A program made the position numbers and the translations under genes. A stretch of DNA of 64,000 nucleotides from Raillietiella orientalis (Eukaryota): assembly GCA_036172245.1 (NCBI GenBank), contig JAYWIR010000013.1, positions 4,402,001 to 4,466,000 on the forward strand. The letters run 5' to 3'. Shown here in pieces: positions 63,692 to 64,000 of the stretch; the stretch's first letter is position 1; each line of letters opens with the position of its first letter. The notes beneath the pieces were generated by a model that saw only the letters and a program-made list of their open reading frames with translations, did not search any database and had not been told where the DNA came from.

Positions 63692-64000
63692 GAGCGGCCG
63701 AGTTTTTGTTTCGCTCTTCAGCGTTTGTGGTTTTATTTTTATTCTTTTTTTTCTTGGTGTGCCAGTGGATTCGGTGGTGGCTAGGCAGCAATGCCTCGGA
63801 CCATCACCAATGTTAAGGAGGGGGCGACGTCTATGTCGCCCCCTGAATCAATGGATGTGGGGGCAGCCGCCCTCACAGAAGCGACTCCCTCGCTAGGGAG
63901 AAGCTGGAGTTCCGTGTTTGCGGCACCAACGCAAGCCGCTGCATCTGAGTTAAAAGCCTACCTGGAGGAGGGGAACAATCATCCTCTACTCTACAAGTAA
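63692..64000 (+). mobile_element. 5' end of LINE 'O' (start of ORF1)
   Basis: RSWSSVFAAPT...AYLEEGNNHPLLYK matches the ORF1 N-termini of the other copies. Confidence 0.75.

Noticed and set aside
1..64000. CRISPR arrays, LTRs, DNA transposase, rRNA or tRNA genes; the many antisense and alternate-frame ORFs
   Set aside because: None was recognised. The repeats are explained by LINE paralogy, and the extra ORFs are shadows of GC-rich LINE coding sequence.

Overview
Eukaryotic, probably invertebrate-animal, repeat-dense region. Most of the window (about 1-11,970 and 21,100-64,000) is a nest of about 25 decayed or partial non-LTR retrotransposons of L1/Tx1 type: ORF1 with CCHC zinc knuckles, ORF2 with APE endonuclease + RT + C-terminal CCHC. 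Only one copy (39,281-44,768, minus) is full-length and nearly intact, and it has a degenerate TSD. A lower-GC island (about 12,000-18,500) holds two divergent paralogous spliced genes for Cys-patterned, probably secreted proteins, with 44-46 nt introns. Main observations: (1) a full-length LINE lies in circularly permuted order (3' half before 5' half) between exact 12-bp direct repeats, as expected from integration of a circular intermediate. (2) The same three-tier nesting (X <- Z <- Y) occurs twice at homologous sites with unequal divergence, suggesting LINEs that target other LINEs. (3) About 12 of 14 nesting junctions are antisense. (4) One insert has two LINE 3' ends as about 185-bp inverted repeats. 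(5) The elements share a DPE-like 21-nt 5' motif, an AATAAA + 5-bp hairpin 3' end without poly(A), and TAATG/TAACA stop-start overlaps. Element letters are my own labels. Boundaries were read by eye; no alignment or database search was run.
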